DNA of 64,000 nt from the human T2T-CHM13v2.0 reference genome, Homo sapiens: assembly GCF_009914755.1 (NCBI RefSeq), contig NC_060932.1; one strand, 5' to 3'. The position numbers and the translations under genes are program-made. The notes beneath the pieces were generated by a model that was given only the letters and a program-made list of their open reading frames with translations, was not told the DNA's origin and did not search any database. Of this stretch, positions 1 through 13,284 are shown in pieces (position 1 is the first letter of the stretch; each line of letters starts with the position of its first letter).

Positions 1-54
1 AGTTAGCTTTATCAACAATTCTCTGTGTTTTACAGATATTCTATCATGGCATCT

Positions 55-232
55 ACAAATCAAGAAAGTACAAAGATGAGCCTGGAATATATCCGGGTTT
101 ATAAGAAAGTGCTCAAAAATTGGCTTCACATAGAAATGACAAAGGAGTCAACTTTAATTCCTATTGACTAAAACTGTGACAAGTTTAGCAACAAAATAAA
201 TACACGTTAACAGGTTATAACCTATAGAATAT
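55..232 (+). mobile_element. Old L1 3'UTR fragment (L1MC3/4-like)
   Basis: caaagatgagcctggaa...aagtgctcaaaaa...tttagcaacaaaataaata...gttataacc resembles the L1MC 3'UTR. Confidence 0.55.
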
Positions 233-1154
233 CATTTTATTTCTCAACTATTTTTGGTCAAAAATTATTCCAAAACTCAAAGTTAAAACAATCAAGAATA
301 AATGTATTTAGGAGCCTTACAATTTTTTCTCCCCTTTTAGAACTCATCCCCCTTTTATAATTTAAACATATTTTTTATAAAAGTTAAATTAGGTACCCTA
401 ACTCAGTTGAAGCAAAAATCTGTAAATTAGATTTGTTTTTGGTACATGAGAAAGTTGTTTGAATGTATGACTTTAAGTTTATTTTAAATGTCAGGTACTC
501 TAAATGGGCACAGTCAAATAATCCATTAATAAAGAGCCAGTCTTCATGAAAATAACTCGTTCTAAACTGAGAGAATATCAAATGTATGATTTCCACTTTT
601 ACATGCTCATTTTGTAATCAAATGCGTTGGAGTAAGAAAGCTGCCAGTTCACCATCCATTCTGTTCTCTGGCTCATTTTCTTTCTAGGTAAAAGCTCAGA
701 AGTATTGATTTCTCATAATGCTCCTTAATTTTCACCTATAAATTTATATAATTTGGAAGAATAGACAAGTCTACAATTAGTTCAAAATCCCTGCAATATT
801 GTTCTGTATCTTTAATTTAATGTGAGCTGTGTGTCCCAGTTCTATCATTTCTGTTAGAACTATTACCATTATTCTCATAACACAGCACAGAAAACTTGCA
901 ATATTTGCTCACTTTTCCACAGTATGGTAGTGACATTCAGAGTCTGTGTTCACTTGCAATACTTGCAAATATAACTAAAAAATAATTACTTACTGATGGA
1001 TTACACTTTGCCAAGCTGTGTGATGAGTGCATTACATATAGTATCTCCCTAGTCCTTAATGTAGCCCTATAAATAATTATTGCATAATTTATTTTCCAAA
1101 TTAGGCTTATAAAACATAGATAGAATACACTTTTTTAAAAAAACTTCAAAAATT

Positions 1155-1962
1155 GGATAGCAGGAAAACAAATAACCCAATAAAAATAGACAAGGTATTT
1201 TAACAGATGCTTAACTCTGGAAATATTTGGGTGACAAATAAGCAAGTGAAAGCAGTTCAGCATCATTAGTTATGAAGAAAATGCAAATTAAAATCCCAAG
1301 AAAATACCACTACACATCTATTACAATGACTAAAATTAAAAAAAAATAACCTCTAATGAGGATGTAGAAAAATCAGAACTCTCATACATTGTTGGTGGGA
1401 ATTTAAAATGATACAACTACCTTGGAAAACTATATGTCAGTTTCTTAGAAATTCACGATACACCTACTGTACGATCAAGCCATTCCTCTCCTAAGTATCC
1501 AACACATGCTTTCCCCAAGACTTGATTATGAGTGTGTGTAGCAGCTTTGTTTATAATAGCCCCAAACTGGAAGCAGCCAAAAAGATCTAAAAACAGATGA
1601 GTAGACAAACTATGACCTAAACATATAATGGAATACTATTCATCAGTAAAAATGAATAAATATGGATACAAGCAGTGACAGAGATGAATCACAAGATAAC
1701 TATGCTGAGTTTTAGAAGTCAGAATATATGTTCCATACTGTATGATTCCACTTGTACAAAATACAAACTTACCTATGGTAGTTGTTAGTAAAGTAGACCA
1801 TGGTGAGAGAAGGACTCCAAGAAGCACAAGGAAAATTTTGGGAGAGATGTATCTGTTGGTGATCTTAATTGGGTGATAATTTCACAGTGTGATATGTTAA
1901 AAATCTATCAAATTATGCACTTCAAAATTTCAGTTTACTGTATGACATTTGTACCTTAACAC
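1155..1962 (+). mobile_element. Old L1 ORF2 end plus 3'UTR (L1ME-like)
   Basis: aaatgcaaattaaaa...ataccactacacatc; ctcatacattgttggtggga; aatagccccaaactggaa; catactgtatgattcca. Confidence 0.8.
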
Positions 1963-1973
1963 AACTCTTTTTA

Positions 1974-2289
1974 GGCCAGGAGTGGTGGCTCATGCCTGTA
2001 ATCCCAGCATTTTGGGAGGCCGAGGTGGGAAGATCACTTGAGGTTAGGAGTTCGAGACCAGCCTGGCCAAGATGGCAAAACCCCGTCTCTACTAAAAATA
2101 CAAAAATTAGCCAGGTGTGGGGAGTGGTGGCATGTGACTGTAATCACACCTACTCAGGAGGCAGAGGTGGGAAAATTGCTCAAACCTAGGAGGTGGAGGT
2201 TGCAGTGGGCTGAGATTGTGCTACCGCACTCCAGCTTGGATGACAGGGCAAGACTCTGTCACAATAAAAAAATAAAAAATTTAAAAAAT
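1974..2289 (+). mobile_element. AluS, full length
   Basis: Dimeric Alu with A-rich tail; TSD ACTCTTTTTA at 1964-1973 and 2290-2299. Confidence 0.95.
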
Positions 2290-2481
2290 ACTCTTTTTAA
2301 ATTGAAGAAACTTTAAAAATCTACCATCACACAAATATTCTCTGCATAAAATTTTTATTCTATGATGTGTAGAAGCAAAAATCATATTAGTAAAAGAGGA
2401 GGTGTAGTAGAATTAATGACTTAAATGTACAAATTATCTTCTATTTTTATGGTAGAAGTGGAGTTTATTTATTTGGCTTGG

Positions 2482-3014
2482 TTTTTTTAATTACTTTAAA
2501 AAGAAAAAATGGAATACATGTACAGAACATGCAGGTTTGTTGCATATGTATATATGTGCCATGGTTGTTTGCTGCACCTATTGACCTGTCCTCTAAGTTC
2601 CCTCCCCTCGCCCCCAACCCTTTAACAGGCCCTGGTGAGTGTTGTTCCACTCTCTGTGTCCATCTGTTCTCATTGTTCAACTTCCACTTATGAATGAGAA
2701 CATACAGTGTTTGGTTTTCTATTCCTGTGTTAGTTTGCTGAGGATGATGGCTTCCAGCTTCATCCATCCCTGCAAAGGACATGATCTCATTCCTTTTTAT
2801 GGCTGCACAGTATTCCATGGTGTATATGTACCACATTTTCTTTATCTAGTATATCATTGATGGGCATTTGGGCTGGTTCAATGTCTTTGGCATTGTAAAT
2901 AGTGCTGCAATAAACACATGTGTGAATGTGTGTCTATAGTAGAATGATTTATATTCCTTTGGGCATATACCCAGTAGTGGGATTGCTGGGTCAAATGGTA
3001 TTTCTGGTTCTAGA
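2482..3014 (-). mobile_element. 5'-truncated L1PA 3' end (L1PA10-like)
   Basis: tcctctaagttccctcccctc 3'UTR signature; minus ORF MWYIYTMEYCAAIKRNEIMSFAG matches the ORF2 C-terminus; degenerate TSD ttatttggcttg/ttattttgacttg. Confidence 0.88.
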
Positions 3015-3259
3015 TTATTTGACTTGTTTTACTTTCTTATTTACATGACTTGAGATCACTGTATTTTTTTGTATTTTTTGTGTTTTTTTAATCTAATAAT
3101 GATTTGAAGTAATATATTAATTCTTTCTACTTATCCCCTCCAGAAACATATGTTTTCATGTTAGATATTGTTTATGTTTACACTCAGGAGTCAATGATAA
3201 TTTCATATTCTTTTTTGATATTGTATTAAATTACTTGAGTTATTTCATCCACCCCTGAG

Positions 3260-3641
3260 TTTTTATTTTTACCTTCATACATAACAGATCTACATATTTT
3301 GGAGTTATGTAATAATTTAATACATTCATATAACTTGTAAAGATCAAATCAGTGTAATTGGGATAACCATCATCTTAAATATTTGTCTTTTATTTATGCT
3401 AAAATCATTCAAATTATTCTCTTCTAGGTATTTTGAAATACATAATATTGTAAACTAAAGTCAGCCTACTGCTCTCTTAAACACTAAGTCAAATTTCGTG
3501 TATCAAATTGAATATTTGTACCCATTAATCAAACACACTTCATCTTCCTTCCTTTATTCATTTCCCAACCATTGGCAATCTCCCATCACTCTCTATCTTG
3601 AAAAATTCCACCTTTTTAGCCCTCACAAATGAGTGATAACA
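3260..3641 (-). mobile_element. L1MA 3'UTR (L1MA5A-like)
   Basis: aaagatcaaatcagtgtaattgggataaccatcatcttaaatatttgtc. Confidence 0.75.
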
Positions 3642-3932
3642 TTTTTTTTTAATTTTTAAAAATAAATTTTATTGTGTATATTTAAGGTATACAACATGAT
3701 ATGAGGTACATATACCTATAAATATATATGGTAAAATGGTTACTATAGTGGAACAAATTAACATATCAGTCACCTCACATAGTTACCCATTTCCTCTCCC
3801 CAACCCCCCATCATGAGAAGAGCAGCTATAATCTCATTTAGCAAAAATCCTGAATGTAATACACTATTATCAATTATAGTCCTTGAGTTGTACATTAGAT
3901 CTTTAGACTTGTTAGTCCTACATATCTGCTAC
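3642..3932 (-). mobile_element. L1MA8/9-like 3'UTR
   Basis: ttttattgtgtatatttaaggtatacaacatgat...ttgtacattagatctttagacttgtt. Confidence 0.8.
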
Positions 3933-4551
3933 TTTTTTTTTTATTATACTTTAAGTTTTAGGGTACATGTGCACAATGTGCAGGTTAGTTACATATGTAT
4001 ACATGTGCCATGCTGGTGCGCTGCACCCACTAACTCGTCAGCTAGCATTAGGTATATCTCCCAATGCTATCCCTCCCCCCTCCCCCCACCCCACAACAGG
4101 ACCCAGAGTGTGATATTCCCCTTCCTCTTTCCATGTGTTCTCATTGTTCAATTCCCACCTGTGAGTGAGAATATGCGGTGTTTGGTTTTCTGTTCTTGCG
4201 ATAGTTTACTGAGAATGATGATTTCCAATTTCATCCATGTCCCTCCAAAGACATGAACTCATCATTTTTTATGGCTGCATAGTATTCCATGGTGTATATG
4301 TGCCACATTTTCTTTATCCAGTCTATCACTGATGGACATTTGGGTTGGTTCCAAGTCTTTGCTATTGTGAATAGTGCCACAATAAACATATGTGTGTATG
4401 TATCTTTATAGCAACATGATTTATAATCCTTTGGGTATATACCCAGTAATGGGATGGCTGGTACAAATGGTATTTCTAGTTCTAGAACCTTGAGGAATTG
4501 CCACACTGACTTCCACAATGGTTGAACTAGTTTACAGTCCCACCAATAGTG
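3933..4551 (-). mobile_element. Young 5'-truncated L1PA (L1PA2-4-like)
   Basis: polyT then attatactttaagttttagggtacatgtgcacaatgtgcaggttag; ORF2 C-terminal peptide [15 protein letters not shown]...KKMWHIYTMEYYAAIK. Confidence 0.93.
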
Positions 4552-4769
4552 GACTTCTGCCAGAAGACATTTGCTTGAAGGGGAGGTTGAACAATCTATG
4601 CTGGTTTGGCAAGAACAAAGCAGTGAGCCATGATAGGGATATGACAAGTGGATTAGGTTTGGTTTTGTGTCAGTCCATGAAGTTTTATCAAGAACTGAGC
4701 TTTTTTCTGGCAGGTGACTGATATCAAGAGTCTTTTATACCCTGTGTTAAGGGCACAATTTTAAATATC

Positions 4770-5150
4770 TGGCAAATCAATTCAATGGGAAAAAGAAAAC
4801 TCTTTCCAACAAGTTTTACTGATTTAACTGGATATCGAGATCTCTTTTTTAAAAAGGAACTTGGACTCTCTCCTCACACCATAAACAAAATTAATTCAAG
4901 ATTGATTTAACATAAACATAAACATAACATAAACATAAACATAGGCATAAACATAAAAGCTAAAATCATAAAAGAAATATAAGAAAATAATTTCATGACT
5001 TTCAGGAAAGCAAGCATTCTTAGAAGGACACAGAAAGCAAAATAAATAAATAAAATACAATGTTGATAAATTAGGTTTGTTCAAATTAAAAACTTCTGTT
5101 CATTAAAATTTGTTAAGAAAGAATAAAACAGCCACAGATTGAGATACTAT
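4770..5150 (+). mobile_element. Old L1M ORF2 3' fragment with internal (AACATA)n repeat at about 4908-4955
   Basis: attcaatgggaaaaagaaaactctttccaacaa...cctcacaccataaacaaaattaattcaaga...caaattaaaaacttctgttc. Confidence 0.75.
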
Positions 5151-6287
5151 TTATAGAACAGAATAAATAAACATCTCAGAAATAATACAGAAGGAACATG
5201 TATAACTCTGTAAGAGAATGCTAAGTAATTTAAATAGACATAAGGTTGTCAAAATGATAATTATTGAAGTTAAAAAATGGTCATATCAATATTTTCATAT
5301 TGTCCTTTCTACTTTTCAGTGTTAAATTTTTTTGCATTTTTAAATACAAATGAATTGAAGGTTTTAGCATTTGAAATTAAACCATGAAGCAATTTTGAGT
5401 TTAAACCAATGCAAAACAAAACAGAAAAGTGTATCTTTACAATAGTCGGTATTCCTGCCAAACCTGATCAGTGGCTACTTGGTGATGAAATGTCTTTTAG
5501 CAATTGGAAAAAGAAATTGAGATGATCAGCAAATTATCTAAGGAAAATAATTGGAGATGATTTCTTTAAATATTTAAGAAAACATTTTTTATCCCTGCAT
5601 TGTGAACTAATTGTGCTGTAGATTACTGTCATTAACTGTAAATATCTAATTTCTATTAAATTAATAGAATAATAATGATATTTAACTTCCATTATTTTTA
5701 TACCACATTTATAGTAACAAAGAGTAACTCATGATGTTATGTGTATGTGTATGTATTTGTGTTTATAGGTAACTGTTTATTATTTTACATCCAGTTTTTA
5801 AAGGGAAAAAACAAAGTGAAAAGAAAATATGTAGATTTTATTGCTTTAAACATTGTAAACACTTGGAATATTAAAATTAACCTTTAATATCCTGGGAAGA
5901 AAATAGGTTCATCTTAAAGATCACAGATGTAGAGATACAATACTGAAATTTTCAGTGTGTGGATAGAAGTAAAGGGAATAGTATCTAATTTATATTAAAA
6001 TATCCAGTAGATATAAAAAAGAAAATCTCAAATATCACCAAATACAGAGTTGTATAACTTTTATATTTAAATATTGCAAATAAAACAACAGGAGACATCT
6101 AAATATAAATCTGCATGTAGAGAACTACTGATGAGTTCATTTACACAAAACATGGGTAACTGCTCTACAATTTTTATACAGCAACTGTAAGAATTAAATG
6201 TTTACAAGATATTTTAATATAAATAGATCTTGCCAATAAGATATTTTAAAACAGTTTTCTGGAATATGTTTTGTGAACAGAGTTGAA

Positions 6288-9200
6288 TTTTTTTGACTTT
6301 TATTTTAGATTCTGGTGGTACATGTGGCAGGTTTGTTACAAAGGTGTGTTGCCTTTATGCTGAAGTTGGAGTCCAGTTGAGCCCATCACCTAGGACACCA
6401 GCAGAGTAAACAATAGGTAGTTTTTCAGCCGTTATTCTCTCCTTACCTTCCCCATTGTATTTTCCAGTGGCTATTGTTCACAGTTTTATGTCCGCGTGTA
6501 CCTAAAGTTTAGCTCCCACTTACAAGTGAGAGCATGTGGTATTTAATTTTCTGCTGCTGTGTTAGTTTGCTTAGGATAATGATTTCTAACTGCATCTATA
6601 TTGCTGTCTTTTGCAGCAATATAGATGCAGTTTACACCTGTAAATTCAACTCTTAATTCTTTGAGAAATCTCTAAACTGCTCTCCACAGTGGTTGAACTA
6701 ATTTACATTCTCACCAACAGTGCACAGCCCCACCAACATCTGTTACTGACTTTTTAACAAAAGCCATTCTGACTGGTGTAAGATGGTACCTCATTTTGGT
6801 TTTGATTTGCATTTGTCTAATGATTAGAGATGATGGGTGTTTTTTCATATGTTTGTTGACTACTTATATGTGTTCTTTTAAAAAGAATCTGGTCATGTCC
6901 TTTGCCCACATTTTAATGCAGTTATTTATTTTTCACTTGGTAATTTAAGGTCCTTATAGGTTCTGGATATTAGACCTTTGTTACACGTATAGTTTGCAAA
7001 TATTTTATTTCATTCTGTAGCTTGTCCATTTACTCTGTTGATAGTTTTTCTTGCTGTGCAGAGCCTCTTTAGTTTAATTTGGTCCCACTTGCTTATTTTT
7101 GTTTTTGTTGCAATTGCTTTTGAGGATTTAGTCATAAATTCTTTCCCTAGGCTGATGTCGCAGAGAGTATTTCCTAGTGTTTCTTCTAGCATTTTTACAG
7201 TTTGAGGTCTTACAATAAGGTCTTTAAACCATCTAAGGTTAATTTTTGTATATGGTTAAAGGTAGGTATCTAGTTTTATTTTTCTGCCTATGACTATTCA
7301 ATTATCTCAACACCAATTATTGAATAGGAAGTCCTTTCCTCATTGCTTATTTTTGTTGAAGATCAGATCAAATTAATATGAAATGGCTGTAGATCAGATG
7401 GTTGTAGGATTGTGGCTTTATTTCTGGGTTCTCATTATTTTCCATTGGTCTGTGTGTTTGTTTTTGTACCAGTACCATGCTGTTTTGATCACTGTTTTGT
7501 TGCATTTTGGTATAGTTTGAATTTGGTAATGTGGTATCTCTGGCTTTGTTCTCCTTGCTTAGGATTGCCTTGGCTATTTGTGTTCTTTTTTGGTTGCTTA
7601 CGAATTTTAGAAAAGTTTCATTATTTTTATTATTAGTCTATTAAAAATAACTTTGGTAGTCAAATCTGTAAAAATATGTAAATTCCTTTAGGCATTATGA
7701 AAATTTTAACAATATTGATTCTTCCAGTCCATGAGCATATTTGTGTTACCTATGATTTTTTTCAGCAAAGTTTTGTAGTTCTCTTTGTAGAGATCTTTCA
7801 CTGTCTTGTCCTAGGCATTTATTCCTTTTATGGTTATTGTAAATGGTTTGAATTCTTGATTTGCCTCTCTGCTTGACTATTAGTGGTATATAGGAATGCT
7901 ATTTATTTTTGTACATTAATTTTGTATTCTGAAACTTTATTGGCATTACTTATCCTTTCTAGCAGCATTCTGGTAGAGTCTCAGGTTTTCTGCAAATGAA
8001 ATTACTTCATCAGCAAAGAGAGATAGTTTGACTTCTTTTACTATATGGGTGCCTTTCATTTCTTTCTCTTGCAGGATTGCTTTGACTAGGACTTCAAGTA
8101 CTATGGTAAATAGGCGTGGTGAGAGTAAGCATCTTTGTTATGTTCCAATTCTCAAAAGGGATGCTTCCAGCTTTTGCCCTTCAGCATGGTGTTGCCTGTG
8201 GGTTTTTCATATATGGCTTTTATTATTTTGAGGTATTTTCCTTTGATGCCTACTTTGTTGAGGATTTTTAATTTTATAAAAGATTTTTCTGCTTCTATTG
8301 AAATGATCATGTTTTTCAAATTCAACTTATATGATGAATCACATTTATTCATTTGCATATGTTGAACCAACCTTGTATCCCAGAAATAAAGCCTGCCCTA
8401 TCATGCTGTATTAACTTTTTAATGTGTTGCTGAATTCCATTTGCTAGTATTCTTTGAGGATTTTTATGTCCATGTTCATCAGGGATATTGGCCTGTAGTT
8501 TTCTTTTTCTGCTGTGTCTCTGCCATACTTTGGTATCACAATGATGCTGGCTTCATAGAATGAGTTAGAGAGGAGTCACTTCAGGTTTTTTTGAAATAGT
8601 TTCAGTAGATTTGGTATCATGTCTTTGAAGATCTAGTAGGATTTGGCTGGGCATCTATCTGGTCTAGGAATATTTTTGGCAGGGGTGGGTGTTGGTTGGG
8701 TTTTTCTTATTGATACAATTTAGGAATTAATTATAGGTCTCTTCAGGGTTTTTTTTCTTCCTGCTTCAATTATGAGAGGTTGTGTATTTCCAGGAATTTA
8801 TCCATTTCCTCGATATTTTTTAGTTTGTGTGCACAGAGTTGTTCATAATAGTCTCTGAGGATCTTTAGTATTTCTGTGGAATTTGGTATAATGTCATCTC
8901 TGTTATTTCTGATTGTGCTTATTTGGATCCTCTCTCTTTTTTCTTTGTTAATCTAGCTAGGGGTCTGACAATGTTATATAATCCTACCAAAGAATCAACC
9001 TTTGGTTTTGTTGATGTTTTACATGGATTTTTGCATCTCTGTTTGTTCAGTTCTGCTCTGATTTTAGTTATTTATTCTGCTAGCTTTGGGGTTACTTTGT
9101 TCTTGATTTTCTAATTATTCTAGGTTAGATTATTAATTTGAGATTTTTCTAACTTCCTGATGTACTATTTAGCGCTACAACCTTTTTTTAACACCACTTT

Positions 9201-11770
9201 TGCTGCACCCCAGAGATTTCAGTATGTTTTCTCTAATTTCAAAAAATTATTTGATTTCTGCCTTAATTTTAGTATTTACCCAACAGCTATTCTGGAGTAG
9301 GTCGTTTAATTTCCACGTAATTGTGAAGTTTTTTGAGAAGTCTTCTGGGTATTGATTTCTATTTTTATTGCTCTGTGGTTTATAAGTATGGTTGATATAG
9401 TTTCAATTTTTTAATGTATTTAATACTTATTTATGGCTGAACAGGTGGTCAATTTTAGATTATGACGTGTGTACAAATAAGAATAATGTATATTCTGTGG
9501 TTGTTCAATTGAGTATACTGTAGATGTCTATTAGGTCCAATCATTCAAGTGTCTAGTTTAAGTACAGAATTTCTTTATTAGTTTTCTGCCTCAATAATCT
9601 AATGCTGTGAGTAGGTTGTCAAAGTCCCCTACTATTATTGTGTCACTGTGTAACTCATTTTGTACCTCTAGAAGTACATTTTTATAAATCTGTATGTTCC
9701 AATATTGGGTTCGTATATATTTAGAATAATTAGATCTTCTTGTTGAATTTTACCCTATATCATTATGTAATGCCCTGTATGGTGTTTTTGACAGTCGTTG
9801 GTTTAAATCTGTTTTATCTGATATAATAATGACTCCCTATTCTTTTTTGTTTTTTGTTTGAGTGATAGATCTTTCCTTTCCTTTCCTTTGAGGCCATAGG
9901 TGTCATTACATCTGAGATGTGTCCCTTGAAGACAACAGAAGGATTAGTCTTGTTTTGTTGTTTAACTTGCCACTCTGTGCCTTTTAAGTAGGGACATGTG
10001 GACCATTTACTTTCAAGGTTAATATTGGTATGTGAGGCTTTGATCTATTGTATTGTTAGTTGGTTGTTTTATAGATTTGACTGTGTAGTTGCTTTATAAG
10101 TTCTGTGGGCTATGTACTTAATTTTGTGATTTTGTGTGATAACAGGTATCTTTTTTTCATTTCTAAATTTAGAATTTCCTTAAAGACTTCTTGTAAGGCT
10201 GGTCTAGTGGTAACAAATTCCCTTGGCATTTGTTTCTCTGGAAATTATTATATTTATTTTTTCCTTATTAAGCTTAATTTGGCAGGGTAAAAAATTCTTG
10301 GTTGAAATTTATTTTCTTTAAGGGTATTGAAAATAGAACTCAATTCTCTTCTGGCTTGTAAGGTTTCTGCTGAGACACCCAATGTTATCCTGATGGACTT
10401 CCCTTTGTAAGGCACTTGAACATTTTTTCTGGGTAACTTTAAGATTTTTCCTTTCTCATTGACCTTAGAGACTCTGATGACTATTTGTCTTGGTGATGGT
10501 CATCTTATATGGTACCTTGCAGGGTTTCTCTAAAATTTTTAAACTTGCATGTCATTCTGTCTAGGAAGATTGGAGAAATTTCCATAAACTGTATCTTCAA
10601 ATATGCTGTCCAATTTGCCTACTCTTTCTCCTTCTCTATCAGAAATGTCAATGAGTCATAGATTTGGCATCTTTATACAATCCCATATTTCTCAGATACT
10701 TTGTTTATTTTTAAATTCTTTTGTTTTAATTTTTTTTCTGACTGGTTTAATTCAAAGGACCAGGCTTCAACCCCTGAGATTCTTTCCTCAGCTTGTTTGG
10801 TTCTGCTGTTAATGCTTCCAACTGTATATGAAGACCCTGTAGGGAGTTTTTCAATTCCAGAAGTTCAATTTGGCTCTCTCGTAAAATGACAATGTTATTT
10901 TTCAACTCTTGGATAATTTTATTGTTTTCTTTATACTGGTATTTACTTTTCTTCTGAATCTAGTTCAGTTACCTTGTCAGCCAGATTCTGATTTCCGATT
11001 CTGTCATTTTAAACTGGTTAAAAATCTTTCCCGGAGAGCTAGCACAGTCATTTAGAGGTAAAAAGACACTGTCGTTTTGAATTGCTGCAGTATTGTGCTG
11101 ATTCTTTCTCATCTGTGAGGGCTTGGTGTTCCCTTATCTATTTGTAGTTGCTTTCATATGAATGGGGCTTTTTTATTTCATGTGTGTTTTTTTTTTAATT
11201 TCCATTAAGGTTTGGCTGGGGTTTATGTTGAGTATAGCGAATTGGCTTCGTTTCTGGGTGATTTCAGAGGTATAAGGCTCTATGCAGAATGTATATTCGT
11301 CATTATGTTCATTATGTTCCTGATTGGGTTTCATTGGCGATGTGTGCTAATTTTTGTTTGTTTGTTTGTTTTTTGCGGTGTAATTCAGGCTATGACCCTG
11401 TAGGTGGCACTTAAGACTGAGGGCCCGCAGATACGTTGTCACTCATCTGCATAATTCTTTCATTTCAGCACATTCACAGCATTGCCCTGGGATGGTGGAA
11501 AGAGGGCAATAAGTAACCCCCTTGCCATGTCTGTTCCTGGGCCTTAGGGGAACTGTCTCCAATCACTGGAAACTTCATTTACTTAGCCTCAAGGAAGGCC
11601 CTGGTAGGCTGTACTCCTCTCTCTCTTAGGGAAAACCAGCACCAAAGGTAAGGTAAGCAGGAGACCTGCAACTCCCGGAGACCTGCTGGCTCGCTGCTTG
11701 TCAGAGTCAGAGCATGCCTGTAGGATATGTCTGTTAGGTATGTCTGCGGGTGGTCTGTTGATGCTTCTCA
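6288..11770 (-). mobile_element. Near full-length L1PA16-like element (3'UTR, ORF2, ORF1, part of 5'UTR), disrupted
   Basis: L1PA16-type 3'UTR; ORF2 peptides LEETLGNT...[18 protein letters not shown] and MIISIEAEKSF..KAIYEKPT; ORF1-like sequence at about 10200-11100; GC-richer 5'UTR at 11400-11770. Confidence 0.9.
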
Positions 11771-11899
11771 AAGCAGTTTAAATCTTAAATAGACCAACAG
11801 TCCTATACAAAATAGTGAGTTAAATAATTAAACAGGTCACAGAGTAAAACAACAAACTTTATTAATAAATTTTCTTCTTGTCCTCTCTTTTATCATTCT

Positions 11900-12930
11900 T
11901 TTTACCTTAAAATTTTGATGAATTTCATCAGAGAAAGCATCTGGTTTTTTTTCTTTTTCTTTTTCTTTTTTTTTTTCTTTGTTGTTGTTGTTGATGAAGG
12001 GCAGGAAGCAAAAAAGTTTATTACCAATTCAATTTGTTTAGTAGATATAGGACTACCTTGATTGGCTATTGTTCATTGTTTTTTTTTCTCTTTCAAAGAA
12101 TTAGTTTAATTTATCTGGGTTATCAAACTTACAGTACAACATGATTCAAAATACATATTTTTAAATCATTAAATTGCCTAAGGAGCTGTAGAAGTGTTAG
12201 GGTTCTCCAGAGAAACACAACCAATAGGGGATTGTATATCCTTTATATAATGACATTTATTGTGGGAATTGTCTCACACAATATGGAGACTAAGAAGTCC
12301 TATGTTCCGCCATCTGCAATTTGAAAAACCAGGAAAGCTGGTGATGTGTTAATAATTCAGATTCCGAAGCCCCAGGAACCAAAAACAATGAGCATAGGAG
12401 GAGATTGATGTTCAAGCTCAGAAAAAGAGACTACATTTATACTTTTTCCACCTTTTTCTTCCATGCAAGACCTCTACAGATTGAATAATGCCCACTCACA
12501 TTGGAGAGGGTCATCTACTTTACTCAGTTAACCAATTCACATGCTAATCTTCTCCAGATGCCCTCCCAGACACACCTAAAAATAATATTTTATCAGCTGT
12601 ATAAGCATCCCTTAGTCAAGCAAGTATACACATTAAAAGTAACCATCACAGCTGCATACCTGTCTCTCTTGCTATTGGAAGTGTGTGTTTTATCTCATTT
12701 TTACATGGTCAATATAGACAGATGTTTGTCAATTTTATTGTTTTTTTCAAAAAACATTTTTTGGTTTTCCAATGAAACCATTGTGTATTGTCCTTTTGTT
12801 TTTCATTTATTTATGCTCTCGTTATTATTTTCTTTGCTCATTTTTTTTGTGTAATTTACTCTTCTTTTTCTAGCCTCTTAAGGTATAAACTTAGCTTATA
12901 GAACTTAAACCTTTTTTTCATTATCTAATA
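11900..12930 (-). mobile_element. Ancient L1M ORF2 fragment split by MLT2B
   Basis: gaatttcatcagagaaagcatctgg...caattcaatttgtttagtagatataggacta; resumes after 12650 with tttgtcaattttattgtttttttcaaaaaac. Confidence 0.6.
12190..12650 (-). mobile_element. ERVL solo LTR MLT2B-like
   Basis: agggttctccagagaaacacaaccaatagg...cacattggagagggtcatctactttactcag...aaccatcaca. Confidence 0.85.
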
Positions 12931-12931
12931 T

Positions 12932-13093
12932 TGTTATAAAACCAACAGTTTTGTATGCCTGCTGCACAGTAATAAACCAATTACACTAAGACAGCAGAAT
13001 TTGCAGCAAAAAAAAGAGTTTAATGATCTCAGTGTCAAGAGATGGAAGGAGACCCACAAATCTATATCCCCAAAGAATTCTGGGCTAGAGTTT
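12932..13093 (-). mobile_element. ERV1-class LTR fragment (LOR1/MER4-group-like), truncated
   Basis: tgttataaaaccaacagttttgtatgcctgctgcacagtaataaaccaattacactaagacagcag. Confidence 0.6.
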
Positions 13094-13280
13094 ATAGACT
13101 TTGTGGACTTGGGTGGAAGCGGGTGAGGGCAGTGAGGGGAAAAGACTATACATTGGGTACAGTGTATACTGCTTGGGTGATGGGTGCACCAAAATCTCAG
13201 AAAGTACTACTAAAGAACTTATTCATGTATCAAAACACCACTTGTTCCCCCAAAAAACTATTGAAATAACTTTTTTAAAA
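13094..13280 (+). mobile_element. Short L1PB 3' end (L1PB2-like)
   Basis: cattgggtacagtgtatactgcttgggtgatgggtgcaccaaaatctcagaaa. Confidence 0.85.
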
Positions 13281-13284
13281 GTTT

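Noticed and set aside
5651-5669. TTCTATTAA-A-TTAATAGAA inverted repeat
   Set aside because: Short and nearly all AT; expected by chance in this composition
6270-11790. TSD around the L1PA16-like element
   Set aside because: Only weak similarity between flanks; cannot be supported
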